From Eledone cirrhosa (lineage: Eukaryota): DNA of 64,000 nucleotides. The notes beneath the pieces were generated by a model. The model saw only the letters and a list, made by a program, of their open reading frames with translations, was not told where the DNA came from and searched no databases. The stretch is taken from the NCBI GenBank assembly GCA_964016885.1, contig OZ024742.1, positions 186,372,001 through 186,436,000 on the forward strand. Reading direction: 5' to 3'. Below, in pieces: positions 12,365 through 26,485 of the stretch. The position numbers were made by a program, and so were the translations under genes. How positions within the stretch are numbered: the first letter of the stretch is position 1; each line of letters starts with the position of its first letter.

Positions 12365-13800
12365 CTGACGTACCTAGCTTCGCTTGGATAAACAGACGAT
12401 AAGCCGCCTGTGTAGTATAGTATTAATGTTGAAAATATATAGTATAGTATTACTGTTGAAAATATATAGTATAGTATAGTATTACTGTTGAAAATATATA
12501 GTATAGTATAGTATTACTGTTGAAAATATATAGTATAGTATTACTGTTGAAAATATATAGTATAGTATGACTGTTGAAAATATATAGTATAGTATATTAT
12601 TACTGTTGAAAATATATAGTATAGTATTACTGTTGAAAATATATAGTACAGTACAATATTACTCCTGAAAATATATAGTATAGTATTACTGTTGAAAATA
12701 TATAGTATAGTATGACTGTTGAAAATATATAGTATAGTATAGTATTACTGTTGAAAATATATAGTATAGTATTACTGTTGAAAATATATAGTATAGTATA
12801 GTATTACTGTTGAAAATATATAGTATATTATTACTGTTGAAAATATATAGTATAGTATTACTGTTGAAAATATATAGTATAGTATAGTATTACTGTTGAA
12901 AATATATAGTATATTATTACTGTTGAAAATATATAGTATAGTATTACTGTTGAAAATATATAGTACAGTATTACTGTTGAAAACATATAGTATAGTATTA
13001 CTGTTGAAAATATATGGTATAGTATTACTGTTGAAAATATATAGTATAGTATTACTGTTGAAAATATATAGTACAGTACAATATTACTCCTGAAAATATA
13101 TAGTATAGTATTACTGTTGAAAATATATAGTACAGTATTACTGTTGAAAATATATAGTATAGTATTACTGTTGAAAATATATAGTATAGTATTACTGTTA
13201 AAAATATATAGTATAGTATTACTGTTAAAGATATATAGTATAGTATCACTGTTGAAAATATATAGTATAGTATTACTGTTGAAAATATATAATATAGTAT
13301 AGTATTTATGTTAAAAATATATAGTATAGTATAGTATTACTGTTGAAAATATATAGTACAGTACATTATTACTGTTGAAAATATATAGTGTAGTACAGTA
13401 TTACTGTTGAAAATATATAGTATAGTATAGTATTACTGTTGAAAATATATACACGAATGTATAATTATATATATATAATTAATTAAAAGTTGGTTAGAAG
13501 CGAAGTCAATGTAGACAGGCAGACATACAGACAGATATTATAAGGGCGCGAGGTTATAGCTATGTATCTATCTAAAAAGATAGAGTAAGAAAGAAAGAGA
13601 AATGTCGTATTATAAATATTATATATAATAAATTACCAGTAATGTACTGGAATAATTGCTGGCCTTGTGCCCAAAGTAGAAACAATTATACTTCTTTTTT
13701 TATACAACTGTAAATAACTTGTTTATGTATGTATATATACGTATAAAATAATTCTGTAATAAAATGTACAAATTAAACTGTCTTTTATTTATGATACTAA

Positions 13801-13871
<71 letters not shown>

Positions 13872-13905
13872 CATACTATATATATATATACACACACACT
13901 ATATA

Positions 13906-13937
<32 letters not shown>

Positions 13938-14251
13938 GATAGCGAATGGTTTTCATAACGCAGACAGCCAGGCATACAGAGACATATTATAAGGACGCGA
14001 CGTTATAGCTATGTGTCTATCTAAAAAGACAGACTAAGAAAGAGAGAGGAAGTGTTGACATTTGAACATTTTAAAGAAGTGAATATTTAAATAATATCTT
14101 TAATCTTTTAACAAAGTTTAGTAGACAAAAATACCCTCACTTTCTTATTTGGAAAAAGTTACATCTATGGTGCAAATTAGGTGCTGTTTGGTCCAGCCAT
14201 TTGGCGAAAAGTTTGTTACATACATACGGCCGTCAGCTTTATTAGTATAGA
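12362..14251 (-). mobile_element. Non-autonomous Helitron carrying a minisatellite
   Basis: Minus-strand 5' end atctatactaataaagctg; 3' end ...ccaagcgaagctaggtacgtcagcta (hairpin then decayed CTAG); internal ~90-bp duplication 13510-13600 / 13960-14050. Confidence 0.65.
12413..13451. repeat. 24/29-bp minisatellite (tagtatagtattactgttgaaaatata)
   Basis: About 40 tandem units visible; explains the repetitive LLLKIYSIV ORFs. Confidence 0.95.
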
Positions 14252-14259
14252 TATTACAT

Positions 14260-14318
<59 letters not shown>

Positions 14319-14418
14319 ACGTGTACGTGTGTACATCTGCAAGTGTGAGTGTCTATAGTTACCTATATCTTTATGAGTGTACGTGCACGAGTGTCTTTGT
14401 GGGAGTATATATTTGTGT

Positions 14419-14463
<45 letters not shown>

Positions 14464-14859
14464 TACAACGAGTGTGTGTGTGTCTGTGTGTGTGGTGTGC
14501 GAACGTGTACGAGTGTACTTCTGCATTTGTGAGAGTGTATAGTTACTTATACTTTTATGTGTGTACGTGTACGAATATACTTGTGTTTGTGTGTACTTGT
14601 GCGAGTGTATGCGTGTGTGTGTGTGTATGTGTCTGTGTGTGTTTGTGTATGTGTGTGTGTGTGTGTTTGTATGTGTGTAATAACCTACATATTTATGTAC
14701 CTGTGTCAGTCAATGTACATGTATCTAGAGATATAGCTGGAGGGTGTAGGGCGCGGGTGGATTCATTCTAGATTGAGTTACAACAGATTCAAAAATAAAA
14801 CAACTAAGAACTACTACAACTACTACAACTACTACAACTTACACAACTAATACAACCAA

Positions 14860-15370
14860 TACAGCTAATAGCTGAAATGACAAACAGGACAAGAGAACAA
14901 CATTTGCTGAGCAAATTTACCGAGATGTCTTCTTGCAAACGATCAACAATAATGTAGATGGAAGCAAGGTAATCACATCTAATTTGGAAACTAAATATGA
15001 TAAGACAGCTACGACAGTCTATATTTTCTTCACAAGCAAAATGAATCGTTTCACAAAATGATTGAAATGAAGAGAGAAGCTAGTGGAAGAATGGGGCAAG
15101 ATATAGGTGCAGGTGAGTGAAGGTAGGTGATGAAGGTTGTAGCCTTAGTGGTTATCAGTATACTAGACTCTGTCATGTTTCACCGACACCAGCTGCTGTG
15201 TAAATTTGTTTTGAATGAAAAGATCTCCAGTGTCTGTTGAAGTGAAATGAAAGACGAGAACAGTGTTAACGTTCTTCAACTTTTACTGTGACGACAGAAG
15301 AAGGTCACTCAGCTTAAAACTAGAATCACGGAACTATAGAAGCAACGATTCGTTAATATGCTAACCTAGT
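14860..15370 (+). pseudogene. Possible decayed hAT transposase fragment
   Basis: Weak motifs gatggaagcaaggtaatcaca (DG..VIT) and tctgtcatgtttcaccgacaccagctg (HC..HRHQL-like); heavily disrupted. Confidence 0.3.
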
Positions 15371-16409
15371 TTTCATTGATAGCTTACTACGATGCAGCAT
15401 GGCTGAGTGGTTAAGAAGTTCGCTCGGCCATCATAAGGTCTCGGGTTTGATTCCCTTTTGTAGCAGCTTGGACTTTACAATAGCCTCGGGTGGACTTAAA
15501 CGTTATGAGTGAAATTGAGTAGGTGGAAACTGTGTGGAAGCCTGTCAGATTGATTAGACCTGTAATTCAAAGGTTTAACCTTGTCACATATTGTGTCACA
15601 ATTATTCGGCATGAGAATTATCTTAAAGCTACACGTGTCTTTAGAATACTCAACCACTTACGCGTTCATTTAACGAGTCGAACGTTTAGTTGATCAACTA
15701 ACTGAATGCTCATCCTCACAACTGACGGAACACGCACACACACACACACACGCACACACACACACACGCACACACACACACACGTACACATTCAATCGAC
15801 TTTCTCCTTCTTCAAAATTGCTGGTTTTATGCCTAAATTAGAAAATGTTTTGGCAGTATCGGTGGAAGGTCGGACATGTTTTCCAGCATATAGTTATTGT
15901 CCTTTACGTTCTGAGTTCAAATCCCACCGGGGTTAGCTTTGACTTTTATCCTTACGGGGTTGATAAACTAAAGTACCAGTAACACACTGGGTTCGATTTA
16001 ATCGACTTTCACCCTCCCCTTCAAAGTGTTGGAGTTGTGTCGAAGCAATTATTATTGATGGTTTGTATAGTAAATATTTTTCACTGGGTCTTCTACTACC
16101 GGTCGGGTTTCAACTAAGACATTAGACAGTCGTTTGTAGGGGAGTAATTTGTGTTACGAGGTCTACTTGTTCAATATATCCTATCACTTTTAGTGGTATC
16201 GAGTCCAAAGTGCTGTTAATGACTGGAATTATATTGATCTTGTTAGATGATATTGACCATTTCCTGCAATGTCGATCAGGAAGTCAATATATTTCAATAA
16301 ACATTCTTTCAATTCGGTATTCGTGCCAACCTTTAGAATTCGATCGCGGATACAAGCAACCGAAAAGGGGCTTCTTCTGAAGGGTCTTTGGAGTAACGTT
16401 ACTCGATAA

Positions 16410-16740
16410 AGTGCGTAACTCGGAGATCAGAGAGTCACTCCAAGTAGAGCCGTTACTTCTCTGAATTGAGGGATCACAACTCCGATACTACGGGCATGTG
16501 GTTAGAATATCTCAGGAAAGAATCCCTGGATAGATTTCACGGGCAAAACAAACCGGCAGGAGACCCAGAGATAGACCCTGAGCAAGATGGTTGGATAACA
16601 TCCATGAACTTGGCTGGTAATGCTTGGGGATCCAGTTGGATCAGTTGGAGACAGTTGATTCTGACAGGATTCGCTGGAAGGAGTGTTTGAGGACTCTGCT
16701 TCACGACTCTCTCAGGAATAATGGGTGAAGAAGAAGAACA
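16410..16740 (+). mobile_element. RTE LINE 3' end with short (GAA)n tail
   Basis: Homologous to 1640-2017. Confidence 0.65.
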
Positions 16741-17542
16741 TTATTTCAAGACAATGTTTTCGTCTCCTGATAACATCAACGATCTGGAATTGTCGTCACG
16801 TCTATTTCTTCAATATCAGTGAAGATACAGACAGACCTTGTCATGTTTCTTTGATCACTATGTCGGTGACACTTTCTGTGTTAATTCCACACAAACAGCA
16901 TTTTACACTGTCAGTAAGATGATATATACTAGGGATCTCAAACTAAAGGACCATTACGTCCTGGGGAAGAGGTACAGTGGACCAACACCGATATGAGGGA
17001 AGGGGCGTGATTTGCACCAGATATGATGTTAATTTGCAATACAGCTGATAGACTGGTATTTATTTTTTATTAAAACGAATACACATAGGAATATGTACAA
17101 AATGGAATATATGCATAGGATATATACAAAATGTAGGGAGACAAATTTTCAGTTTTAAATTTTCTTTAATTCCGTCTCTTCCATTTTATTGCATATCACG
17201 AGTAAATTGCAATAAATATATATATATATATAATTTTTTAATAGATTAACAGGGAAAGCTTTAAGCTATACTCTGACTGGCTTCCATCTCACTCAACAAA
17301 CATTAGGATATACCTTAGTATAATCCCAATTTTACGTTTGGGGTGCTAACTATATGTATTTTGCGGATAGCCAGTTGTATTATTTTATATGAGACATATG
17401 CAATTTCGTATTTCTAAAGTTTTTTTGATGTATAGTAATGATATACTAACATTACAATAATCTAGAATAGTTATAACTGTCTTTCCTAAAATGTCTCAAA
17501 ACGTCTGGAACGCACCTTGAATATATATATATAAATATATTA

Positions 17543-18019
17543 TCTTAACTATAATAAAGAAAGAAGTGCGAGACTGCGTCCAGAATATATTTTTTTTACC
17601 CCGTTTGCAAAATAAGTTCGATTACTTTGAATAAATAATGAATGAATATTACATAGTTTATCTACTAAATTTGGTAACTCTGATTAAATATATTTTATTG
17701 CTTATTTAAAGATTCACTTCTTTAAAAATTTCAAATGTCAACATTTTCTAACACTTATAAAAACATCACATATATTTCCGTCGCTAATTTTCTCCTAATG
17801 CAGTTTATATATAATATCGTCTTTTTTAAATGTATCATGGATTACTTTACTGATTGCAGAAGAGAGTGTAACACATCCTCTCTTCAATTTCTGTGCATAT
17901 TGTCAATTACGATTTTATTTGATATATCATATCTATATGCATATATATTTTCGTATAATATCAATACTTACACTACACATGCTAGCAGAAAACCACCCGA
18001 AGGGTGGTTTTTCTGCTAG
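17543..18019 (+). mobile_element. Non-autonomous Helitron
   Basis: 5' tcttaactataataaag; 3' near-perfect hairpin ctagcagaaaaccaccc-gaa-gggtggtttttctgctag followed by T. Confidence 0.65.
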
Positions 18020-18126
18020 TATATATAAGGATTGAACCAATTTTAAACCAATTAGACCATTATTCAACAGAGTACTTGATCTAGCTGTTGAAATGGCAAG
18101 AGCTCAGCCGTCGGGCCCCAAATCTT

Positions 18127-18165
<39 letters not shown>

Positions 18166-18529
18166 ATTAAAACAATGAAAAGAAAATCAAAATTTAAAGT
18201 TTGATCACATTTAAAGAAATAGCAGATATCTTCAACAAAAATTTTGAAAACTTCTTTTTAAAATCCATATCAAGAAACAAATTACATGTCAAAGTAAAAT
18301 TGTTGATATTTTCTTTCAGCATAACACTTTACAAAAGAATGTTTTCCAACGGACAATTCATTGAGTTTATATTTCTTTTCACAACATTCTAAACACATTG
18401 TAACCTTTTTTTTTTTATCAATTGATACACTTGAATTGTTATTTAGTTTCGTCTCTATCCATCCTTCCAATGTCTCCATATCAACATTTGTTGACTAATC
18501 CTCACGTGACCATCTTAGCAAAGAAAAGT

Positions 18530-19489
18530 ATTGTTTTCTGATTCAGGCACAGTTTTTTTGGGGAGGGAAAAGTCGATTAAATTGACCCCAGTGCGTTACT
18601 GGTATTTTATTTTATCGACCTCGTAAGGATGAACGGCAAAGCTAACCCCGGTGGATTTGAACTCAGACCGTAAAGGACCGTAATTCAATGCCACAAAGCA
18701 TGTTGTCCGACGCTCAACCGATTACTGCCAATCCACCACCCTAAAGCAAAGAAAAATAATTGTTTCTACTTTAGGCACAAGGCCAGCAATTACCCAGTGC
18801 ATTACTGGTACTTTATTTTATCGACCCCGTAAGGATGAAAGGCAAAGTCAACCTCGGCGGGATTTGAACTCAGATCGTAAAGGGACGTAACTATGCTGGA
18901 AAGCATGGCGTCCGACCCTCTACCGATACTGCCAATCCACGATTCCTAGTATAGGCACAATGTCAGTAATTTCTTTTGGGGGGGGGGGGGGAGGGGAGGA
19001 AGTCGATTAATACTGGTGCTTTATTTTATCGACCCCGTAAGGATGGAAGTCAAAGTTAACCTCGGCGGGATTTGAACTCAGACTGTAAAGGACCGTAATT
19101 CTATCCTGCAAAGCATGGTGTCCGACTCTCTACCGATACTGCCAACCCACCACCCCATAGCAAAGAAAAATAATGCCATATTTGTAAAAAAATAACAACA
19201 AAAAACAACTGATTTTTTGACAATACAACTGTTATGTACATGTTTTTATTTTTATAACAATATCACAGAGACTGTTAAGTTTTGAAATAATATTAATAAT
19301 AATAATTCCTACTTTAGGCACAAGGCCAGCAATTACTCAGTGCATTACTGGTACTTTATTTTATCGACCCCGTAAGGATGAAAGGCAAAGTCAACCTCGG
19401 CGGGATTTGAACTCAGATCGTAAAGGGACGTAACTATGCTGGAAAGCATGGCGTCCGACCCTCTACCGATACTGCCAATCCACCGCCCT
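18530..19489 (-). mobile_element. Cluster of four same-orientation Nin/Deu-domain SINEs
   Basis: Copies at about 18530-18742, 18757-18940, 18948-19155 and 19303-19489. Confidence 0.85.
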
Positions 19490-19971
19490 ATTAATAATAT
19501 TAATAATAATAATAATAAATGTTATTTATTATTTAAAGAAAAAACTTGTTTTTATGGTATTTTTACTTATTTTGTTCAAATTGAAAAAAAACAAAACGGT
19601 TTTGTTGCTTCTAAAGAGTTGTTTTAATCCACTCTCTTTCCTTATCTTCCAGTTAATGCATTATACGGATTAGTGTGTTGTTTTATAAAATTTGTAATAT
19701 TCCCATCATACAGTAATGTTACACAGATACACCAAGCATTGTGCTTTGTCCTTTACCTCTCTTACAAAATACAAGTATTCCCACTTTACTTGAACACTTC
19801 AGTTCTTTCGACAATTCTTTTCTCTTGACATCGCGATATTAAAAAAAAAAAAAATTTCAATGATGTGGTTGACCTTGTTTTGTCAATTGGTACACTTGGA
19901 TTGTTTTTATTTTCGTCTCTACCCATCCCTCCAATGTCTCCACACCAATGTTGTAGTTGCTCGAAAAAAAT

Positions 19972-20380
19972 ATCTTCTTCTTCTTCTTCTTCTTCTTCTT
20001 CTTCTTCTTCTTCTTCTTCTTCTTCTTCTTCTTCTTCTTCTTCTTCTTCTTCTTCTTCTTCTTCTTCTTCTTCTTCTTCTTCTTCTTCTTCTTCTTCTTC
20101 TTCTTCTTCTTCTTCTTCTTCTTCTTCTTCTTCTTGAGAGAGTCATGGGGGCAGAGTTCTCAAACATACCTTCCAGCAGGTCCTGTCAGAAGCAGCCGTC
20201 TCCAACTGATCCGGCTAGGTCGCCAAGCGAGACCAGCTATGCTCATGAATATTATCCAGCCATCTTGCTCGGAGTCTACCCCTGGGTCTCTTGATGGTTG
20301 GTTTTGCCTGTAAAATCTGTCCAGCGATTCTTTCCTCAATCCGTTTTAAAATATTTTCTATGATTTTCTGTTCGTGTGTG
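19972..20380 (-). mobile_element. RTE LINE 3' end with expanded (GAA)n tail
   Basis: ORF 20215-20472 ends ...KPTIKRPRGRLRARWLDNI; (TTC)n at 19973-20135 is its tail. Confidence 0.7.
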
Positions 20381-21041
20381 TTGTCTCTCATCTCAAGGTA
20401 CTCCTTCCCTATACTAATATGATGAGGTACACCGTCGGTTATGACGACGAGTGTTCCAGTTGATCCAATCAACGGAACAGCCTGCTCGTGAAATTAACGT
20501 TCATGTAGCTGAGCATTCCACAGACTTAACGTAGTTCTCAGGGAGATTCAGCATGACACATAATGTGACGAAACTGGCCATTCAAACTACAGGTACAAAT
20601 CATTTTTTACCGCTGAGTGGACTGGAGCAACGTGAAATAAAGTGTCTTGCTCAAGGACACGATTGTAAGTCGAATATCCTAATCACAATGCCACGCTGAC
20701 AAATCTATTTCGTCTTACGTTATGAAACAAAACAAATTTTCTCATGTTATGTTGTGTGTTAGTTGTTTCTCCAACCACGCCAATATGTCTTCTCAAATCT
20801 ACCCCTTCTCACGTTATATAAAAAAAAAAACAACTCTCCTGTTCTGTTATGTGAGTTATTTATCTATAATCTCAGTCACCTCAACACCACACTAGGTCTT
20901 CGAAACAAGCCGATGTAGATTTCACTAACGTTCTTATTATGAATGTTTTTAAATGTATATAAAACTGGATACATATTTCTACCTTCTGCTTCTGAACTTG
21001 AAATGTCTCATCAACCTCTAGGATTACTAGATAGTTGTTAC

Positions 21042-21332
21042 CAGTGATGGACAACCCCGCGGCCCGCGAAGCTTTCTGATTGGCTCACCTAAGTCACCTA
21101 AGTGATATCTTTCTGATTTTTTACCCCAACTTTTCAGACATAATTTATCTTTCTATTATTTTTACGATCAAGGAAAACAAAGTGTTCAAATTCTGAAGAA
21201 ACAAATAAAAAGAACCTGAGTTACCGCCCTTCGTTTTAATGTGGGCACGAATGTAAATTAGCGCTTGCGGTCCGCCTGATGATGAGCCATATCTCATGCG
21301 GCTCGCTTTTCGAAAAAGGTTGCCCAAGCCTG
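21042..21332. mobile_element. hAT (Charlie-like) MITE
   Basis: TIRs cagtgatggacaacc / ggttgcccaagcctg with gcggcccgc / gcggctcgc subterminal motifs. Confidence 0.65.
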
Positions 21333-21499
21333 CTTTAGTCACTTAATCATGTCTTCTATGAGAGCTATTGTTTCATATTCCTTCATTCCCACCATGACAA
21401 ACACTCCAGCAACAGTGGAATGTTGTGTTGTTAGTTCTTACATGTGCAGTTACACAGCTTAAAGCAATAATACATTTGTTGTTTGTCTCATTTTCTGAT

Positions 21500-22625
21500 T
21501 ATAACAACAACAATAACAACAACAGCAATAACAGCAACACCAGTAATAGCAACAACAATAACAACAACAGCAATAACAGCAACATCAATTACAGCAACAG
21601 CAGTAACAAGAATAACAATAACTGCAACAGCATTCACGACAACAACAATATCAGTAACAGCAATAACAACAACAATAACTTCAACAAAAATCACAGCAAC
21701 TACAATAACAGCAACAACAATAATGGCAACAACAATGGCAATAACAACCACATCTTCAACAGCAACAACAAACAACAACAACAGCAACAATCACAACACT
21801 AACAACAACAGTCACAACATCAGCAACAGCAACAACAATCACGACAGCAACAGCAACAATAACAAGAACAAGAACAAGAACAAGAACAAGAACAACAGCA
21901 ACAGCAACAGCAATCACGACAACAGCACCAACAACAATCAAGAGAACAACAGAAACAACAACAATAACAGCAACAACAATCACGACAACAACAATCAGAA
22001 CAACGATTACAACGAATCAACAACAACAACAACAACAACAACAACAGCAACAACAACAACAAAGACGATGGCGACGATGATAACGACGACCAGGATAAAA
22101 CATTGAAAACGAATAAAAACAAGTGTTTCATGTGAACTGAATTGGTCATTTTCATCTCTTGAACAACAACAACAGCAACAACAGCAGCAGCAGCAATAAC
22201 AACAACAACAACAACAACAACAAAAACAACAACAACAATAACAACAGCAACAACAGCATCAACAAGAACAGCAGCAACAATAACAACAGCAACAACAACA
22301 ACAATAACAACAACAGCATCAGCAACAACAATAACAAGAACAACAATAACAATAATAACAACAAGAACAACAACAGCAGCAACAATAACAACAGCAGCAA
22401 CAACAACAATAACAACAACAACAGCATCAGCAACAACAACAACAACAACAAGAACTACAACAGCAGCAGAAATAACAACAGCAGCAACAACAACAATAAC
22501 AACAACAATAACAATAACAACAGCAACAGCAAGAACAATAACAAGAACAACAATAATAACAACAATAACAACAACAGCAACAACAACAACAACAACAACA
22601 ACAGCAGCAATAACAACATCAACAA
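21500..22625. repeat. Degenerate (CAA)n microsatellite blocks
   Basis: Direct inspection. Confidence 0.95.
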
Positions 22626-22868
22626 AGAAAGGAAAGAAAGCAAAATAAGAAAAAAAACATGTGCAGCTGTGCGTGCGTGTGGTATTTAATCAATAATAGA
22701 TGCTGCAACACACACCTTACAACACCAAAATATGCAGTTGTTTTTGCGCAATTGTGCAGTGTCAATAGGACACCAGACATTATTTTTCTTTCTGGAATGA
22801 ACTAAAGTCTGAATTTAGAATGAATTGTCATATTAATATTTTACAGAATATTATGGATATATATATAT

Positions 22869-22993
<125 letters not shown>

Positions 22994-23114
22994 CATATAT
23001 GTATATATATATATAAATACATATGTGTATATATAAATACATATATGTAAATACATATATGTAAATACATATATGTATATATATATATATATATAAATAC
23101 ATATATATAAATAC

Positions 23115-23202
<88 letters not shown>

Positions 23203-23206
<4 letters not shown>

Positions 23207-23826
23207 CGTTTCTGAATTTGTTTAGCAAGATTCTTTATCTGAAAACGTGTGTTGAAACCGATATTGTTATACTTTGGGAGGGTCATGTTGCCAATAAGAA
23301 ACACACGCACCAGTTGCTTTCACTTAAATTTATCATAATAAATTTATAAATTTAGGAATTTATAAATTTCCGGTTGGTTGGTTGGTTGGTTCCACAACCA
23401 GATGATTATTTATATATTGTCAAAGTTCTTTCGTCACTCATTCTGTGACCTCTTCAGTGACTCAGGATTCTTTTCTTTGTTTTTGTGCCTCTCCTTTGTT
23501 CTGTCCTACGCCATCATGTTTTTGTGTGTGTTGTCAACACACACAAAAACAAAAAACAAAACAAAAAAAAAACAAGATGGCGTAGGACAGAACAAAGGAG
23601 AGGCACAAAAACAAAGAAAAGAATCCCCAGTCACTGAAGAGGTCACAGAATGTGTGACGAAAGAACTTTGACAATATATGAACAATCATCCGGTTGTGGA
23701 ACCAACCAACCAACCAACCAACCGGAAATTTATAAATTCCTAAATTTATAAATTTATTATAATAAATTGAAGTGAAAGCAACTGGTGCGTGTGTTTCTTA
23801 TTGGCAACATGACCCTCCCAAAGTAT

Positions 23827-23832
<6 letters not shown>
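23203..23832. mobile_element. Fold-back PLE pLTR insertion, family B (~270-bp arms plus ~55-nt tail) in (TA)n
   Basis: Near-perfect palindrome centred at gtgtgttgtcaacacac (~23533); second copy with identical ends at 41893-42215. Confidence 0.85.
23630..23672 (+). ncRNA. Minimal type I hammerhead ribozyme (family B); mirror copy on minus strand 23419-23461
   Basis: gtca-CTGAAGA-g-gtcaca-gaatg-tgtgac-GAAA-gaac-TT-tgac. Confidence 0.75.
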
Positions 23833-23920
<88 letters not shown>

Positions 23921-23951
23921 TTATAAATACATATATATAAATACATACATG

Positions 23952-23983
<32 letters not shown>

Positions 23984-24244
23984 CAGGATCTATAGAGAGA
24001 GGAGAGAGAGGTGTATAGGAAGTAAGGGAGAGAGAGAAGAAACAAAGAGAGATATTGGAAGTGAAGGGGTGAGAGAAAGAGAGTGGAGATACAGAGAAAT
24101 ATAAAAAGTAAAAAAGAGAGAGAAGGAGAGAGAGAAGGAGAGAGAGAAGGAGAGAGATAGAGAGAGACGGAGAGGGAAAGAGATATGGAAAGTGACAGGA
24201 ATAAGGGAGAAAAAGAAATGTGTGATGGGGAAATACGAGGGGAT

Positions 24245-24302
<58 letters not shown>

Positions 24303-24481
24303 TACATACACACACACACATATATACATATATATTGATCCATTCAAGATTATATATATATATATTTATATGCATGTGCACACAGACATATAGATGTATA
24401 TGTATATATGTATATATATATATACATACACACATATAAATGTATATATATATACACCTACCACACACAGACATACATATA

Positions 24482-24525
<44 letters not shown>

Positions 24526-24998
24526 TGTGTGTGTGTGTATGTGTGTGTGTGTGTGTGCGTGTCTGAAATGTGCATATTTCTTTTTAAAGAATAAAATGAA
24601 TAAAAAATGAAAAGTAAAAACAACAACAATAACATCAAGAATATTCACAAAGTTGATATTTCATTTAAAATAATTTATTTTGTACTTTAATTTGTATTTA
24701 GAATAAAAAAAAAAAATAAAAAAATTAATTCATTATTTCTCACTTGTAAAAGTGAAAAAAGATTTAAATTTTCAAAAGCTGTTTCTGAACACAATTTGTT
24801 GTGACACAACATCAGCAACACTTGGAGAATCATAGAAAGATCTGAGAGCATGTATTGATTGGTTTCATAATACGATATCTTTCATGATTTTTATGACGTA
24901 ACAAACTTCATCTCGTTTGTAGAGTTCTGTTGACAGATTTGGTGGATCGACTTTTGTATGTATGGCATTTGTTTTCTTATAAAAATCAACCGCTGATA

Positions 24999-25063
<65 letters not shown>

Positions 25064-25154
25064 CGGAAGAAATGTGGTAAGGAACCAGGTGGACCATAAC
25101 GCACCAAAGTACTCAATACTTAGGGTAGTAGAGTGGGTAATAGGAACGAGTAGG

Positions 25155-25250
25155 ACCCCGACGGCTGAGCTCAAGCCGTTTCGACGGCTAATTCTGGACT
25201 AAATGAACATTTTTATCCTGGTATTTGAATAGCCGAGCTTCTCAAGGGGT
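25155..25250 (-). ncRNA. Type I hammerhead ribozyme, U3-A8 core (family A)
   Basis: Minus: acccc-TTGAGAA-gctcggctattc...gaattagccgtc-GAAA-cggct-tgagctc-agccg-TC-ggggt. Confidence 0.85.
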
Positions 25251-25808
25251 AATTCCATATATGGTCAAAGTGATTGTCACAGGGATTGGTCAAAAGTTTG
25301 TAGTTGAGACATAATAATTCTATGATGGCAATTAGTGGAGGGAAGGGTAGCTAAACCTGCCAGTAGGAGAAAGAGGGAGAGGGGATGGAGGAGACCCATT
25401 CATGCGTTGATAGTGCCGGCTACAGCTGGGCGTGAGGTCAAAGAAGATACTAGGGAGGGGGAGGGGGAGGAAGTCGAAACAGTAAGTAGAACAATGAGAG
25501 GTAAATATATAGAAAAATACTGAGTGTTAAAAAGCAATTAAATGTAAAAAAAAAAATAAACAATTTCTGGTTACTACGACCTAAGTCTCTCACTATTGCT
25601 AGGCTAAAGAAATATACTAGGTGGGACGGAATTAAAATGAGACCCTTTTAAGAGGTATAAGTAATAAACCGAGTATATCTTACGGTGACGGGTTAACAAG
25701 TGAGGGACCAAAATTAACGTTGCGGCCCGTGTTCCTTAGTGCGATTATCTATACTATTATATCCGACTCCTACGAAGTCGCCGCCTGATCGGTTATAGGT
25801 ATGGCTTA

Positions 25809-26340
25809 CTATAACGTTCGTTTTATGAGGGGGGTGGTTTCTAGAGCTAGCGTTAGGGATGTAGGAAATTCTTCGTTAAAGCCGGCGCTTATCAATGCCC
25901 TATTGTAGTAATCTGCCGCTTGGTTGAAGATATCCTCATTGGCGGAGTGCCTCGAGATTCTATGTGAGATGCTATATACTATGGAGTTGAGAGTCTGCTT
26001 AGGGTGGTTGGAGGCATAATTAATATAAGAAAGGCACTCTCCAGGCTTATGGTATGGCTTGTATAGGCCCGTACTCAACTCCAGGGTCACGTCCAGGAAG
26101 TTGACAACCTGGTGGTTGAGGTCCATTGTTAAGGATAGGCCGTATAACTTGAAGAACCTTGTTAAGGTTCTCTATCCTACGAGGGCTATGGTTCCTAACG
26201 GTAAACAGGGCGTCGTCCATATATACACCTCCTTGTAGGGCCGGTATCTCGCCCCTAAGCTTATGGAGGAGGTATATCCCGACCAGGTCAGTTGCTTGCG
26301 CTGAGTCACTGGACCCCATCGTGACATCGAAGTTATCAGG
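25809..26340 (-). pseudogene. Penelope-like reverse transcriptase fragment (frameshifted)
   Basis: MGSSDSAQATDLVGIYLL, GGVYMDDAL, VNFLDVTL, YINYASNHP, RIS..SANEDIF: PLE RT motifs. Confidence 0.85.
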
Positions 26341-26445
26341 ACTGGAAAATCAAAACACGCTTTTTTTGCGAAGAATGAATTATGACGTGAACTTAACCCC
26401 CAAAACACTTTCCGAGCAATGTAAGGAACACTTTTGGTTATTTAT

Positions 26446-26485
26446 GCCCTTGACAAGCCCAACTGGGCGAAACGTACGTAGGTGC
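26446..26485 (+). ncRNA. Minimal type I hammerhead ribozyme, U3-A8 core (family J)
   Basis: gccc-TTGACAA-gccc-aact-gggc-GAAA-cgtacg-TA-ggtgc; palindromic stem III ACGTACGT. Confidence 0.8.

Noticed and set aside
12413-13451. Regular 24-29-bp repeats resembling a CRISPR array
   Set aside because: No unique spacers, eukaryotic context, no cas genes
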